From Bixzunavirus tonenili (taxonomy: Duplodnaviria > Heunggongvirae > Uroviricota > Caudoviricetes), in the IMG/VR virus record IMGVR_UViG_2706796412_000001, positions 1 to 64,000 of that record: a stretch of 64,000 nt of DNA; one strand, 5' to 3'. The position numbers were made by a program, and so were the translations under genes. Numbering within the stretch: position 1 is the stretch's first letter; each line of letters begins with the position of its first letter. Positions 9,235-17,487 of the stretch are shown here, in pieces. Below the pieces are notes generated by a model. That model was not told the origin of the DNA and ran no database searches. It saw only the letters and a program-made list of their open reading frames with translations.

Positions 9235-9474
9235 TCATGGACGCCGACGAGCTGTGTCGTTTCCGGCGTCGACGCAGCAGCCACCACACCGCCTGGCAGC
9301 ATCCCCGCACCAGCTGGCGGCAGCCCGCCTGGCCGCCTCCTCGCCCACACGTTGACGAAAGCACGCCCCAAGAGGAAATAAAACAACCTATAGTATCGTT
9401 ACAGAAGGTGTAGTAAACTCCCAGGTATGGGGAGCAAAACACACCCACACACACCCACAGAAAGGCACACACAC

Positions 9475-9759
9475 ATGAAAAGCGCTTTGGTGGCCGTCGT
9501 GGCCGCACCCGTCATCACCATCTCCGGTCTGTTCTTCGCCGCCCCGGCGCTGGCCGGAGGCTTGCAGTCCGACGTGCTGTGTTCGTCGAACGTCGCCTAC
9601 CGCAACTCGCCCGCCCACGCCAAGGAGTGCAAGGACATCTCCATCGGTTCGCACGGCGGCGGCGGCGGCTGGGTCGATTCCGACGGCGACGGCATCGGCG
9701 ATAAGGTCGACCGGCATCCCGACGACGCTTCCAACGGTGGTGGTGACGGCGGCGAGTGA
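9475..9759 (+). CDS. secreted Gly/Asp-rich protein (94 aa)
   Basis: signal peptide MKSALVAVVAAPVITISGLFFAAPALA; AGAAAGG RBS. Confidence 0.45.
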   Translation: MKSALVAVVAAPVITISGLFFAAPALAGGLQSDVLCSSNVAYRNSPAHAKECKDISIGSHGGGGGWVDSDGDGIGDKVDRHPDDASNGGGDGGE

Positions 9760-9879
9760 ATTTGCTGGACTCGGGCCTGGATTGATTCCCGGCCCGAGCC
9801 CGTTGTCCAGCCACCTGCATCACGCGGCGGCATGACCACTGCGCATGTGTTTGCTGCGCGATCCACGAGAGGACCGGAT

Positions 9880-10275
9880 ATGGAACCATATGAACACTAC
9901 GTCGCCACCGAGGATCTGCTCGTCGAGGGCAGACGCGTGGTCGCCCAGATCAGCGACGTCAACGACGATCGCGCGATCACGCGCAAGCTGCTTGCCGAGG
10001 TCACGGCGGTGGACGGAGAGGGTGCCGAGAAGCTACAGCGCGAGGTCGCTCTCCTCACCGAGCGGATGGACGAGCTGGGCAAGAAGGCCATGGGTATCTG
10101 GGCTCAGGCCCAGGTGCACGCCGCGCTGGCCCGAGTTCCCTCTGATGTTGTCAGCCGCGCCCGGGTGTATCAGTACCGGCAGAGCCAGTACCAGCCCTCC
10201 CGAACGACCGCGCTCGACAAGACCGCCATCCCACGCTACGAGACCTTCAGTGTCGGCGAGGAGGACAGCAACTAG
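9880..10275 (+). CDS. hypothetical protein (131 aa)
   Basis: ATG 9880 after GAGAGGA. Confidence 0.45.
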   Translation: MEPYEHYVATEDLLVEGRRVVAQISDVNDDRAITRKLLAEVTAVDGEGAEKLQREVALLTERMDELGKKAMGIWAQAQVHAALARVPSDVVSRARVYQYRQSQYQPSRTTALDKTAIPRYETFSVGEEDSN

Positions 10276-10475
10276 TGAGCTGGCACCTGACTTCCAAGGG
10301 CATCAAGCGCGTTCGCACCAGCTGGCACGTCGTCGGCGCCGATCCGACCCCCGACGGCTACCGCGACCACCTGCTCTACCGGGGCACCTCGCGCTGGCAG
10401 GCCTTCAAGGCGGTGCGGGCCGCTCTCAAGGAGGACATGACCGTCACCATCACCCCTCATCTCGTCACCAAGTAG
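10275..10475 (+). CDS. hypothetical protein (66 aa)
   Basis: GTG overlapping upstream stop. Confidence 0.35.
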   Translation: MSWHLTSKGIKRVRTSWHVVGADPTPDGYRDHLLYRGTSRWQAFKAVRAALKEDMTVTITPHLVTK

Positions 10476-10504
10476 CACCCCTCCCTCTACAGAAAGAGAT
10501 CCCC

Positions 10505-11449
10505 ATGGCAATGCTTGCCACTGTCGTACTGGCCCTGCTGGCCCTTGTCGCCATCGGAGCCGTCATCATTCTGCTGCTCACCAACGACAAAGACACCTGG
10601 GCCGGTTCGTTTCTCACCGCCGCTGGCGCCCTGGTGCTGTTCCTGATCGTCGGCTTCTTCGCCACCTTCACCGTGGTCTCGACCCGCAACATCGGCGTGG
10701 TCACCACCTTCGGTCGTCCGGTCGGCACTTTGAGCAACGGCCCGCACTTTGTCTGGCCCTGGCAGAGCGTCGAGGAACTCGACGGCGCCATCCAGATCGA
10801 TTGGCACAAGGACAACGATCCCAACGGGGACAACCATGACGGCGCGATCGTGGTCCGCTTGGCCAACAACTCCAACGCCTGGGCCGACACCTCGGTGAGC
10901 TGGGAGATGAAGCAGGACAAGGCCGACGAGCTGTTCCTGCAGTACAAGACGTTTGACAACATCCGGACCAACCTGGTCACCCGCAACCTGCAGACCGCGA
11001 TGAACGAGGTCTTCGCCACCTATAACCCGCTGGGTCAGATCAAGACCGTTCAAACTCCTGAGGGCCCGAAGACCGAGATCGAGCCGGTGACCGAGTCGCA
11101 GCTGCCCAAGCTGGCCACCCAGGTCCGCGACATCATGCAGGACAAGGTCGGCGACTACGTCTCGATCAAGGAGGTCCAGATCCCCACCATCGCCTTCGAC
11201 GGCAACACCCAGCAGCGCATCGACGAACTCAACCAGCAGAAGGCCGCGACAGCGGTGGCCATCGAGAAGCAGGCCACGGCCAGCGCCGAGTCCGAGGCCA
11301 ACGCTCAGATCGCCGCCTCGATCAACAAGGACCCCAACGTCCTGGTCAACAAGTGCCTCGACATCGTGCGCGAGAAGGGCGGCAACGTGCTGGGCTGCTG
11401 GCCGGGCACCAACGTCGTGCCGACCGTCCCGGCCAACCCGCAGGGGTGA
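10505..11449 (+). CDS. SPFH/band-7 (stomatin/prohibitin-like) membrane protein
   Basis: 314 aa; N-terminal TM helices, SPFH core NIGVVTTFGRPVGTLSNGPHFVWPWQSVEELDG, C-terminal Ala/Gln coiled coil. Confidence 0.65.
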   Translation: MAMLATVVLALLALVAIGAVIILLLTNDKDTWAGSFLTAAGALVLFLIVGFFATFTVVSTRNIGVVTTFGRPVGTLSNGPHFVWPWQSVEELDGAIQIDWHKDNDPNGDNHDGAIVVRLANNSNAWADTSVSWEMKQDKADELFLQYKTFDNIRTNLVTRNLQTAMNEVFATYNPLGQIKTVQTPEGPKTEIEPVTESQLPKLATQVRDIMQDKVGDYVSIKEVQIPTIAFDGNTQQRIDELNQQKAATAVAIEKQATASAESEANAQIAASINKDPNVLVNKCLDIVREKGGNVLGCWPGTNVVPTVPANPQG

Positions 11450-11451
11450 TC

Positions 11452-11805
11452 ATGGGTATCTCCAGGGGTGCGGTCGTCCAGATCGATGGCGCGTTCAGTA
11501 TCGATCATCTGTCGGCTCTGGTGGCCCGGATGAAGATGTTGGGCGTCGGCACGACGACGCCGGTCGAACTCTGGGGTCAGGGCGATCAGTTAGTCCTGGT
11601 CCCGGCGTTCGTCGAGATGCATCTGCGTGAGCAGGGTTGGACGCTGTTGGTCGGCGTGCATGGTCCCGTCGGCGTCAGAGCTGCGGACCGGGCCAAGGCC
11701 AAAGCCAGGGACTCGAAGAAGGCCACGACCACGCGTCGTGGCCCGATCGGCTGGTTCCAGCGACACTGGAGCGGCGAGGCCTTCAAGGAGAAAGAGTCGT
11801 CATGA
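11452..11805 (+). CDS. hypothetical protein (117 aa)
   Basis: ATG 2 nt after SPFH stop. Confidence 0.4.
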   Translation: MGISRGAVVQIDGAFSIDHLSALVARMKMLGVGTTTPVELWGQGDQLVLVPAFVEMHLREQGWTLLVGVHGPVGVRAADRAKAKARDSKKATTTRRGPIGWFQRHWSGEAFKEKESS

Positions 11806-11933
11806 CCTGCCCGAACTGCGACACCGAGCTGACCGACACCACCGAGGACACCATCATCGACGGCCAGGAGGCCAAGATGCACGTCGTTGCCTGCCCCAAC
11901 GGCTGCTTCCGCAGCGCCACACCCGCCCAGTAG
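11802..11933 (+). CDS. zinc-ribbon small protein (43 aa)
   Basis: CPNC..x19..CPNGC; ATGA overlap. Confidence 0.35.
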   Translation: MTCPNCDTELTDTTEDTIIDGQEAKMHVVACPNGCFRSATPAQ

Positions 11934-12006
11934 CAAACAACCACCCGGACGAGGATGCCCAGGTCGCTGGGCAACTCGCTCCAGCCAAGGAAGAAGGACA
12001 GCTAAC

Positions 12007-12357
12007 ATGAGCACGCCCGCGCAGTACCGCAAGAAGCCCATCGTCGTCGAGGCGTTGCAGTGGACCGGCGACAACGCCGAGGACCTGGCCGAGTGGGCCA
12101 CGATGCCCTGCCACGGCGCCATCCCCGGCTCCGAGCTGATCTGCTTCGTGCCGATGGACGACGACGAGATCTTCGACACGATCGACTCGACGCGCTATGA
12201 CGAATTTCGCGCCGTGGGCGCCACGGCGGCACTGTGGGTCAACGCCAACCAGAGTTGGCTGCCGATCAAGGACGGGGAGTGGGTCATCAAGGACCGGCTG
12301 GGCTTCTATCCGATCGAGGACAGCATGTTCGCCGAGAACTACGAGCCGGTCCCGTGA
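12007..12357 (+). CDS. hypothetical protein (116 aa)
   Basis: ATG 12007 after GGAAGAAGGA. Confidence 0.45.
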   Translation: MSTPAQYRKKPIVVEALQWTGDNAEDLAEWATMPCHGAIPGSELICFVPMDDDEIFDTIDSTRYDEFRAVGATAALWVNANQSWLPIKDGEWVIKDRLGFYPIEDSMFAENYEPVP

Positions 12358-12821
12358 GCACCAAGCTCTACGTCTACCGCGTCCCCAAGAGCCAGTGGTG
12401 GGACTTCTACGCCGCCGTCCGTCGGGTCTATCTCGACGAACATCTGATCGCCAGGGCGGTACGCGGGCTGGCCGAAAGAAAGGCTCCGCACCGGGACGTC
12501 CGCCGGATCATCAACGAGTCGGTCCCCGAGTACGAGGTGGAGCTGCAGCTCTTCGACGACGGCGAGCACTGGATCGTCCGCCCGCTGGAGAGCGGTTGGT
12601 TCTTCACGAACCAGCACCACCGCTGGCTGGAGTTCGGCCTGGTCCCGGTCTTCTACGACGACCGCGCTGACGTCCCGCCCGAGCACGAGGCCAACAAGGT
12701 CGTCGCCGATTGGGTCGACAAGCAGATCGAGACGCATCGCTACCTGATGGCGCCGGTGCTCAACCGTGACGCCTTCTTCAGCATCTGGATCGATGCGCTT
12801 TATCCCAAAGCTCCGGAATGA
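12354..12821 (+). CDS. hypothetical protein (155 aa)
   Basis: GTGA overlap; stop codon is the TGA inside downstream GGAATGA promoter box. Confidence 0.45.
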   Translation: MSTKLYVYRVPKSQWWDFYAAVRRVYLDEHLIARAVRGLAERKAPHRDVRRIINESVPEYEVELQLFDDGEHWIVRPLESGWFFTNQHHRWLEFGLVPVFYDDRADVPPEHEANKVVADWVDKQIETHRYLMAPVLNRDAFFSIWIDALYPKAPE

Positions 12822-12849
12822 ATCCCCATCTCAGTGCGTTATACTGGGT
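12815..12849 (+). promoter_or_regulatory. promoter-like motif GGAATGAATCCCCAT..GTTATACTGGGT plus CACTCACCCAGGAG leader
   Basis: consensus copy of repeated motif 39 nt upstream of ATG 12888. Confidence 0.5.
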
Positions 12850-12887
12850 ATAGCACTCACGCAGAAACACTCACCCAGGAGTCCGAC

Positions 12888-13178
12888 ATGACCGCCACCG
12901 CCCCCTACAGCGTCATCTGGTTCGAAGGCACCCCGGATGCGCCGGTCAAGAAGACCCGCAATGGTTTCGCCACCTTCGACGCCGCCGAGGTCTGGGCGCA
13001 GACCCGCATCAACGGCACGACCCTCCCCAACGTCGACCTGGACCCGCACCGCAAGGAGTGGACCAACCAGCACGGCATGACCTTCACCCTGGTCGCCGGG
13101 AAGGTCTACGAGACCGGCGTCTTCGACGGCCCGAACCGCTTCGCCTTCATCGGCCTGGACAAGAAGGCGGTCTCCTGA
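12888..13178 (+). CDS. hypothetical protein (96 aa)
   Basis: first gene after consensus promoter and leader. Confidence 0.45.
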   Translation: MTATAPYSVIWFEGTPDAPVKKTRNGFATFDAAEVWAQTRINGTTLPNVDLDPHRKEWTNQHGMTFTLVAGKVYETGVFDGPNRFAFIGLDKKAVS

Positions 13179-13179
13179 C

Positions 13180-13341
13180 ATGCTGCCGCACATCGGAGAT
13201 TTCCCGCCCAACTGGTGGCCAGGCGCCGACCGGATGGACGAGGCTGCCAGCTGGACCTACAACCGGATCGGCTACGCCCTGACCGACGTCCGCAAGGACC
13301 TCAAGCGCTGGGACCAGACCGGCGAGTGGCTGGAGGACTGA
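13180..13341 (+). CDS. hypothetical protein (53 aa)
   Basis: short ORF, TGATG overlap downstream. Confidence 0.3.
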   Translation: MLPHIGDFPPNWWPGADRMDEAASWTYNRIGYALTDVRKDLKRWDQTGEWLED

Positions 13342-13559
13342 TGCCCCCGACATCCGACTTGCGTCCCGACTTGCGCATGGGACGGCCTCCCAAGGGCACC
13401 GTCAGCTCGGGCAAGACGTCCGCCCTGACTGTCCGTATCCCCGAGTCCGTTCGTGTGGAGATGAAGCGCCGCGTCCGGCTCGGACTGCACAAGTCGGAGT
13501 CTGAGCTGGTGCGGGTCGCACTCGTCGAATACTTCGAAAATCATCCGCTGGAGGATTGA
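13341..13559 (+). CDS. ribbon-helix-helix (CopG/Arc-like) DNA-binding protein
   Basis: 72 aa; SALTVRIPESVRVEMKRR beta-strand then helices, SESELVRVALVEYFE. Confidence 0.5.
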   Translation: MPPTSDLRPDLRMGRPPKGTVSSGKTSALTVRIPESVRVEMKRRVRLGLHKSESELVRVALVEYFENHPLED

Positions 13560-13720
13560 TGCCCCGGACACCCGACTTCCGCGACCTTGTGATCGCCGAC
13601 CTCTCCCAGTACCTGCGTGAGCGCTGTGGCATGAGCGAGGAGACGGCGCGGAAGGAGGCCAACCGGCTGCTCGACCGGGCCGTGAAAGATTTTGAGAAAT
13701 CTTTGGAATCCGGGGAATGA
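13559..13720 (+). CDS. hypothetical protein (53 aa), N-terminus similar to RHH gene
   Basis: MPRTPDFRDL versus MPPTSDLRPDL; stop inside downstream GGAATGA box. Confidence 0.3.
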   Translation: MPRTPDFRDLVIADLSQYLRERCGMSEETARKEANRLLDRAVKDFEKSLESGE

Positions 13721-13748
13721 TCTCTCATACCGCTCCGTTATACTAGGT
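13712..13748 (+). promoter_or_regulatory. promoter-like motif GGGGAATGATCTCTCAT..GTTATACTAGGT
   Basis: repeated motif and ACACTCACCCAAGGAG leader upstream of ATG 13785. Confidence 0.5.
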
Positions 13749-13784
13749 GTAAGACACAGACACACTCACCCAAGGAGCCCCGAA

Positions 13785-14114
13785 ATGAATGCCACCGCCA
13801 TCGCCCAGACCACCACCGAGCTGACCGTTGCCGACTTCGCCGAGTCGTTCATCAGCCCGCGCCGCACGCGGATCTACTTCGCCAACACCGCGCTGCGCTC
13901 GCGCTCGGAGGGCGGCAACGGTCGCTACCAGATCGAGCAGTTCGGTGCCCGGCTGTGGGTCCTGACCCACCACCAGGTGATCAAGGGCGGCGAGAGCAGC
14001 GTCGTGCGCCGGATCGGCCAGTTCCCCTCGAAGGCTGCGGCCATCCGCGAGGCCCAGCATGACGTGGCCGACCTGGAGGCCAACGTCCTGGATCACATCC
14101 TGCGGGCTCACTGA
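13785..14114 (+). CDS. hypothetical protein (109 aa)
   Basis: ORF after promoter motif. Confidence 0.45.
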   Translation: MNATAIAQTTTELTVADFAESFISPRRTRIYFANTALRSRSEGGNGRYQIEQFGARLWVLTHHQVIKGGESSVVRRIGQFPSKAAAIREAQHDVADLEANVLDHILRAH

Positions 14115-14117
14115 CCC

Positions 14118-14153
14118 GGGAATGAATCCCCATAACGCGCCGTTATACTGAGT
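14118..14153 (+). promoter_or_regulatory. promoter-like motif GGGAATGAATCCCCAT..GTTATACTGAGT
   Basis: consensus copy with CACTCACCCACACAGGAG leader, upstream of ATG 14187. Confidence 0.5.
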
Positions 14154-14186
14154 ACACCACCACCACTCACCCACACAGGAGCCGAA

Positions 14187-14450
14187 ATGTCCAAGGTCAT
14201 CGTCAACAAGGTCGCCATCGCCCGCTTCCTGCGCGAGCGCGGCATCCCGGCCCGCGAGGCCATCTTCGCCTCGGTCATCCTGGGCAACGCGGGCATCGAT
14301 CTGCCCGAGATCGCCGACGCCTTCGACGTCGCCGTCGAGAACCCTCCTCGCTTCCAGGCGGTCTACGACGCCCTGGAGGCCGCGCACGTCCAGTCCAAGT
14401 CCCCGACCGCGCTGGCCGACGAACTGGCGCTGAATCGAGTGGAGGCCTGA
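14187..14450 (+). CDS. hypothetical protein (87 aa)
   Basis: ORF after promoter motif. Confidence 0.45.
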   Translation: MSKVIVNKVAIARFLRERGIPAREAIFASVILGNAGIDLPEIADAFDVAVENPPRFQAVYDALEAAHVQSKSPTALADELALNRVEA

Positions 14451-14452
14451 TC

Positions 14453-14713
14453 ATGGAGATCACCTTCGCCGCCGAGTGGCGCAAGCCGCACGACTTCACC
14501 GACGACCTGGTCCTGGAGATCGGCCCCTACACCGCTCGGGTGCACTTCGCCGGAGACGTGTGGGAGTCCGAGGTCGAGGTCGACGACGGTCGCTCTGTCG
14601 GCATCCGGATTTGGGAACCCACCCGTGAGCAGGCCAAGGCCCGTGCCGAGGAGACCATCCGCAGGCATGTCGAAATCCGGAACGCCCGCGAGAAGGAGTC
14701 CAGCGATGCCTAA
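14453..14713 (+). CDS. hypothetical protein (86 aa)
   Basis: ORF 2 nt after upstream stop. Confidence 0.4.
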   Translation: MEITFAAEWRKPHDFTDDLVLEIGPYTARVHFAGDVWESEVEVDDGRSVGIRIWEPTREQAKARAEETIRRHVEIRNAREKESSDA

Positions 14714-14996
14714 CCAGCTCCTGCGCAACCGCATCGTCGTGGGCGGGCCAGGCCAGCTGCTCGGCGCTATCGACGTCTCGACCGCCGACGCCAACAAGAT
14801 GGTCTTCCGGCCTGAGACCTGCCTGTTCTGGGGCCTGGGTAGCTCCTTGGTCGTCGAACGGTATAACACCTGGGACGAGGCGATTTCCGGACATAGCCGC
14901 TGGTACAACAACCCGGCGCGCTGCGTCGAACGCATCCTGGCCTACAACGCCGAGCGTGACCGGGTCTACCAAGAGGAATACGGCAATGTCCAGTGA
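14706..14996 (+). CDS. hypothetical protein (96 aa)
   Basis: ATG 14706 overlapping upstream end by 8 nt. Confidence 0.4.
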   Translation: MPNQLLRNRIVVGGPGQLLGAIDVSTADANKMVFRPETCLFWGLGSSLVVERYNTWDEAISGHSRWYNNPARCVERILAYNAERDRVYQEEYGNVQ

Positions 14997-15234
14997 ATAC
15001 AGCTGTCTGGTGCCGGTGATGAACTTCGCCATCCGGTGCTCGGAAACGAACTCTTACGACGGCGAGGACGAGAACTGCGAGGCGTCCTGGTGCGCCGACC
15101 CGCCGGTGATTCGGCACGCCTCCAGCGAGGAAGCCATGGCCGAGGACCTGGAACGCGACGGCTGGCTGGTGCTGCGCGAGCGGCACGGCTGGAGCCTGAC
15201 TTGTCCGAACTGCCGCAAGCGAGAGGGATTGTGA
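14986..15234 (+). CDS. Cys-rich hypothetical protein (82 aa)
   Basis: CxxC..CxxC pattern (CSETNSYDGEDENCEASWC ... CPNC). Confidence 0.4.
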   Translation: MSSEYSCLVPVMNFAIRCSETNSYDGEDENCEASWCADPPVIRHASSEEAMAEDLERDGWLVLRERHGWSLTCPNCRKREGL

Positions 15235-15361
15235 TGGACAGGATGCACCGGCTCTGTCACCGGTTACTCCCTGACCACTCTGTCCGAAAGTCCGAGATGC
15301 ACTCCACTTGGACGGACTACTGGGGTGAGGCCGGGAGGAAGCTCTCCTTCTTCATCTGCAC

Positions 15362-15568
15362 GTGTGGGGCGGTGTGGCCGCGATGATGGACGGGATGCAT
15401 ATCGGGCGCAGCTGGGTCGACCACCCTGTGGAAGACGCCTGTCCATGCCCGAAGGCGCCGTGCGGCCTGGTCATCGCCAGCCAAGCTGTCTGCGATGAGC
15501 ACCGGCTCGACGGCGGCAAGACCATGCGTCAGGGCCACTCGGCCAACCGTTGCCCTGGGGAGGCCTGA
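15362..15568 (+). CDS. hypothetical protein (68 aa)
   Basis: ORF with TGATG overlap downstream; start uncertain (15362 or 15383). Confidence 0.3.
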   Translation: MWGGVAAMMDGMHIGRSWVDHPVEDACPCPKAPCGLVIASQAVCDEHRLDGGKTMRQGHSANRCPGEA

Positions 15569-15810
15569 TGTCCGATCCGGCAATCGAAGCGGTGGAGCGA
15601 TCGCTGCCGTACGAGTACGAGGCCGACGAGGTCATGGCCGACGTCGCGGTGCGTGTCGCCCGTGAGGCGTTGAAGCCGGTTCGCGAGTGGCACACGAAGA
15701 TGGCCGCAGCGTACGCGTTGGACGACCGTCCAGAGGGAGTGCTCGTAGAGGCGGTTCTTCAGGAACTCGCGAAGCTGATCTACACCACCGAGGAGCTTGG
15801 CAATGCCTGA
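15568..15810 (+). CDS. hypothetical protein (80 aa), paralog A
   Basis: C-terminus ...LAKLIYTTEELGNA; tandem paralog of next gene. Confidence 0.4.
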   Translation: MSDPAIEAVERSLPYEYEADEVMADVAVRVAREALKPVREWHTKMAAAYALDDRPEGVLVEAVLQELAKLIYTTEELGNA

Positions 15811-16036
15811 TCCAGCAGTAGAAGCCGCACACCGGGCGATGCCGGAACTTAGCAGTGCCGCTCCGACTGAGGACATGATCGCCGCTGCCCGTGAGATGGC
15901 CAAGCCGATACGCGCGGCGTACACGCGCTGGGAGAGCGCTTTCGGCGGACGCCGTGGAGATGTGCCGGAAATGGTTCAGGTCCTTCTGGAGGAACTTGCA
16001 CCACTGATCTACAGCACCGAGGAGCTGGACCGATGA
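15803..16036 (+). CDS. hypothetical protein (77 aa), paralog B
   Basis: GAGGAG RBS; C-terminus ...LAPLIYSTEELDR matches upstream gene. Confidence 0.4.
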   Translation: MPDPAVEAAHRAMPELSSAAPTEDMIAAAREMAKPIRAAYTRWESAFGGRRGDVPEMVQVLLEELAPLIYSTEELDR

Positions 16037-16419
16037 GCGACATTGTTGAGCGGACAAAGGCCGACCAGGCCCGCATCGACCGCATCAGTGAAATCCTGCA
16101 CAAGCATCAGTTCGACTGGAGCAACAGCGGTACCAGATGTATCGGGAGCGGTTGCGACTGGCGGGGCGGCTACCGTCCACAGCACCACGAACATGTGGCC
16201 GAGCTGATCGACGCTGCGTTGTATCCCTGCATCGAGACCGCTGAACAACTCGAAGCGCTGCCAGACGGTGCGGTCGTTGAGGTAGTCAAAGGTGTGCCCG
16301 AGGTCAAGTGGGATGGCTGCTGGTACGCGATGACGTCCGACGCATTCGAACCTGACCTTCCGGCCTGCGTGCTCTACACCCCGACCGGTGAGACGCGGAT
16401 CACACCGACGCGGGAATGA
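16033..16419 (+). CDS. hypothetical protein (128 aa)
   Basis: ATGA overlap; stop inside GGAATGA box. Confidence 0.4.
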   Translation: MSDIVERTKADQARIDRISEILHKHQFDWSNSGTRCIGSGCDWRGGYRPQHHEHVAELIDAALYPCIETAEQLEALPDGAVVEVVKGVPEVKWDGCWYAMTSDAFEPDLPACVLYTPTGETRITPTRE

Positions 16420-16440
16420 TCCTGGGGTATATCAGGTTGA
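16412..16440 (+). promoter_or_regulatory. promoter-like motif (variant) GGGAATGATCCTGGGGTATATCAGG
   Basis: GGGAATGA box plus TATAT element and ACACTCACCCAGGAG leader, upstream of ATG 16480. Confidence 0.4.
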
Positions 16441-16479
16441 AATGAGTGTAAGCGACACACACTCACCCAGGAGCCCGAA

Positions 16480-16908
16480 ATGTCCAGCATCCGCAAGGTC
16501 CAGGCCACCAATCCCCACACCGGCGTCGTCACCACCCGCACCAGCAAGAGCAAGGTCTACACCCACGCGCTGGTCGTGCATCATCCGGCCCAGGAGGCCT
16601 ACACCATTCCCGCTGGCACCTACGTCGTCCCGAAGAAGCGCATCCGGGGCCGCACCATCGCCTCCTACACCACCAACATCAGCTCCGACATCGTCTACGA
16701 GGCCCGCGAGGCCAGCTGGAGTCTGCTGAGCTTCCACACCAGCTACGACGCCGCCGCCAAGGCCGGACGCAGCGAGGTCTCGCTGGCCGTGACCCGAAAC
16801 GACGAGGACAAGGCTGTCTTCGGTGAGCACGTCGCGAACAGGACCCCCTTTGTCGACAACTTCGAGGTCGTCGAGGTCGAGGTCCTCGACGAGGGCTTCA
16901 ACGCCTGA
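16480..16908 (+). CDS. hypothetical protein (142 aa)
   Basis: ORF after promoter and leader. Confidence 0.5.
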   Translation: MSSIRKVQATNPHTGVVTTRTSKSKVYTHALVVHHPAQEAYTIPAGTYVVPKKRIRGRTIASYTTNISSDIVYEAREASWSLLSFHTSYDAAAKAGRSEVSLAVTRNDEDKAVFGEHVANRTPFVDNFEVVEVEVLDEGFNA

Positions 16909-16926
16909 GACGCGGATCACACGTCC

Positions 16927-16964
16927 CGGGGAATGAATCCCCATACCGCCGCGTTATACTCAGT
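16927..16964 (+). promoter_or_regulatory. promoter-like motif GGGGAATGAATCCCCAT..GTTATACTCAGT
   Basis: consensus copy, CACTCACTCACTCAGGAG leader, upstream of ATG 16997. Confidence 0.5.
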
Positions 16965-16996
16965 GTAAGACACACTCACTCACTCAGGAGTCCACG

Positions 16997-17278
16997 ATGA
17001 TCACTCTCGCCGCCGCCCCCACCAGCATCAACCTCTCCGACTACAACGAGGTCCGCCTCGTCGGCAACGTCCGCACCGGCGACGTCCTGAGCCGCGACGG
17101 TCACCTGCTGGTGGTCACCAAGGTGGTCCGCACCGCCAAGACCATCGAGATCCGCGCCGAGAACGCCAACGGCGAGGCCGGGTACGGCAAGCGCCTGTGG
17201 ACCAGCAAGCACCGCAGCTCCACCCCGGTCTCCCGGGCCCTCGGCGACACCACTCACATCTTCCGGAAGGCGGTCTGA
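16997..17278 (+). CDS. hypothetical protein (93 aa)
   Basis: ORF after promoter and leader. Confidence 0.45.
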   Translation: MITLAAAPTSINLSDYNEVRLVGNVRTGDVLSRDGHLLVVTKVVRTAKTIEIRAENANGEAGYGKRLWTSKHRSSTPVSRALGDTTHIFRKAV

Positions 17279-17280
17279 CC

Positions 17281-17487
17281 ATGGACGGCTTCCGCCTGAT
17301 CGGCCACCTCGAAGACGAGGTCCACCGCGTGACCAATCGCCAGGCCGTCATCGCCGATCGACTGGCCCGGCTCGCCGAGGCCCGCAGGGCCAAGACCGAG
17401 TCCACGCCCGAACGCAAGGCGCAACGCGCCAAAGAGAAGGCCGCCCGCCAGCAGACCAAACGACGCAGGAAGCAGGGACGACGATGA
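17281..17487 (+). CDS. hypothetical protein with Lys/Arg-rich tail (68 aa)
   Basis: ATG 17281 3 nt after upstream stop. Confidence 0.4.
   Translation: MDGFRLIGHLEDEVHRVTNRQAVIADRLARLAEARRAKTESTPERKAQRAKEKAARQQTKRRRKQGRR

Noticed and set aside
9237-9413. ORF 9237-9413 (58 aa)
   Set aside because: It runs through the AT-rich promoter-like region upstream of gene 9475, has odd Arg/Trp/Pro-rich composition and no RBS. Likely non-coding.
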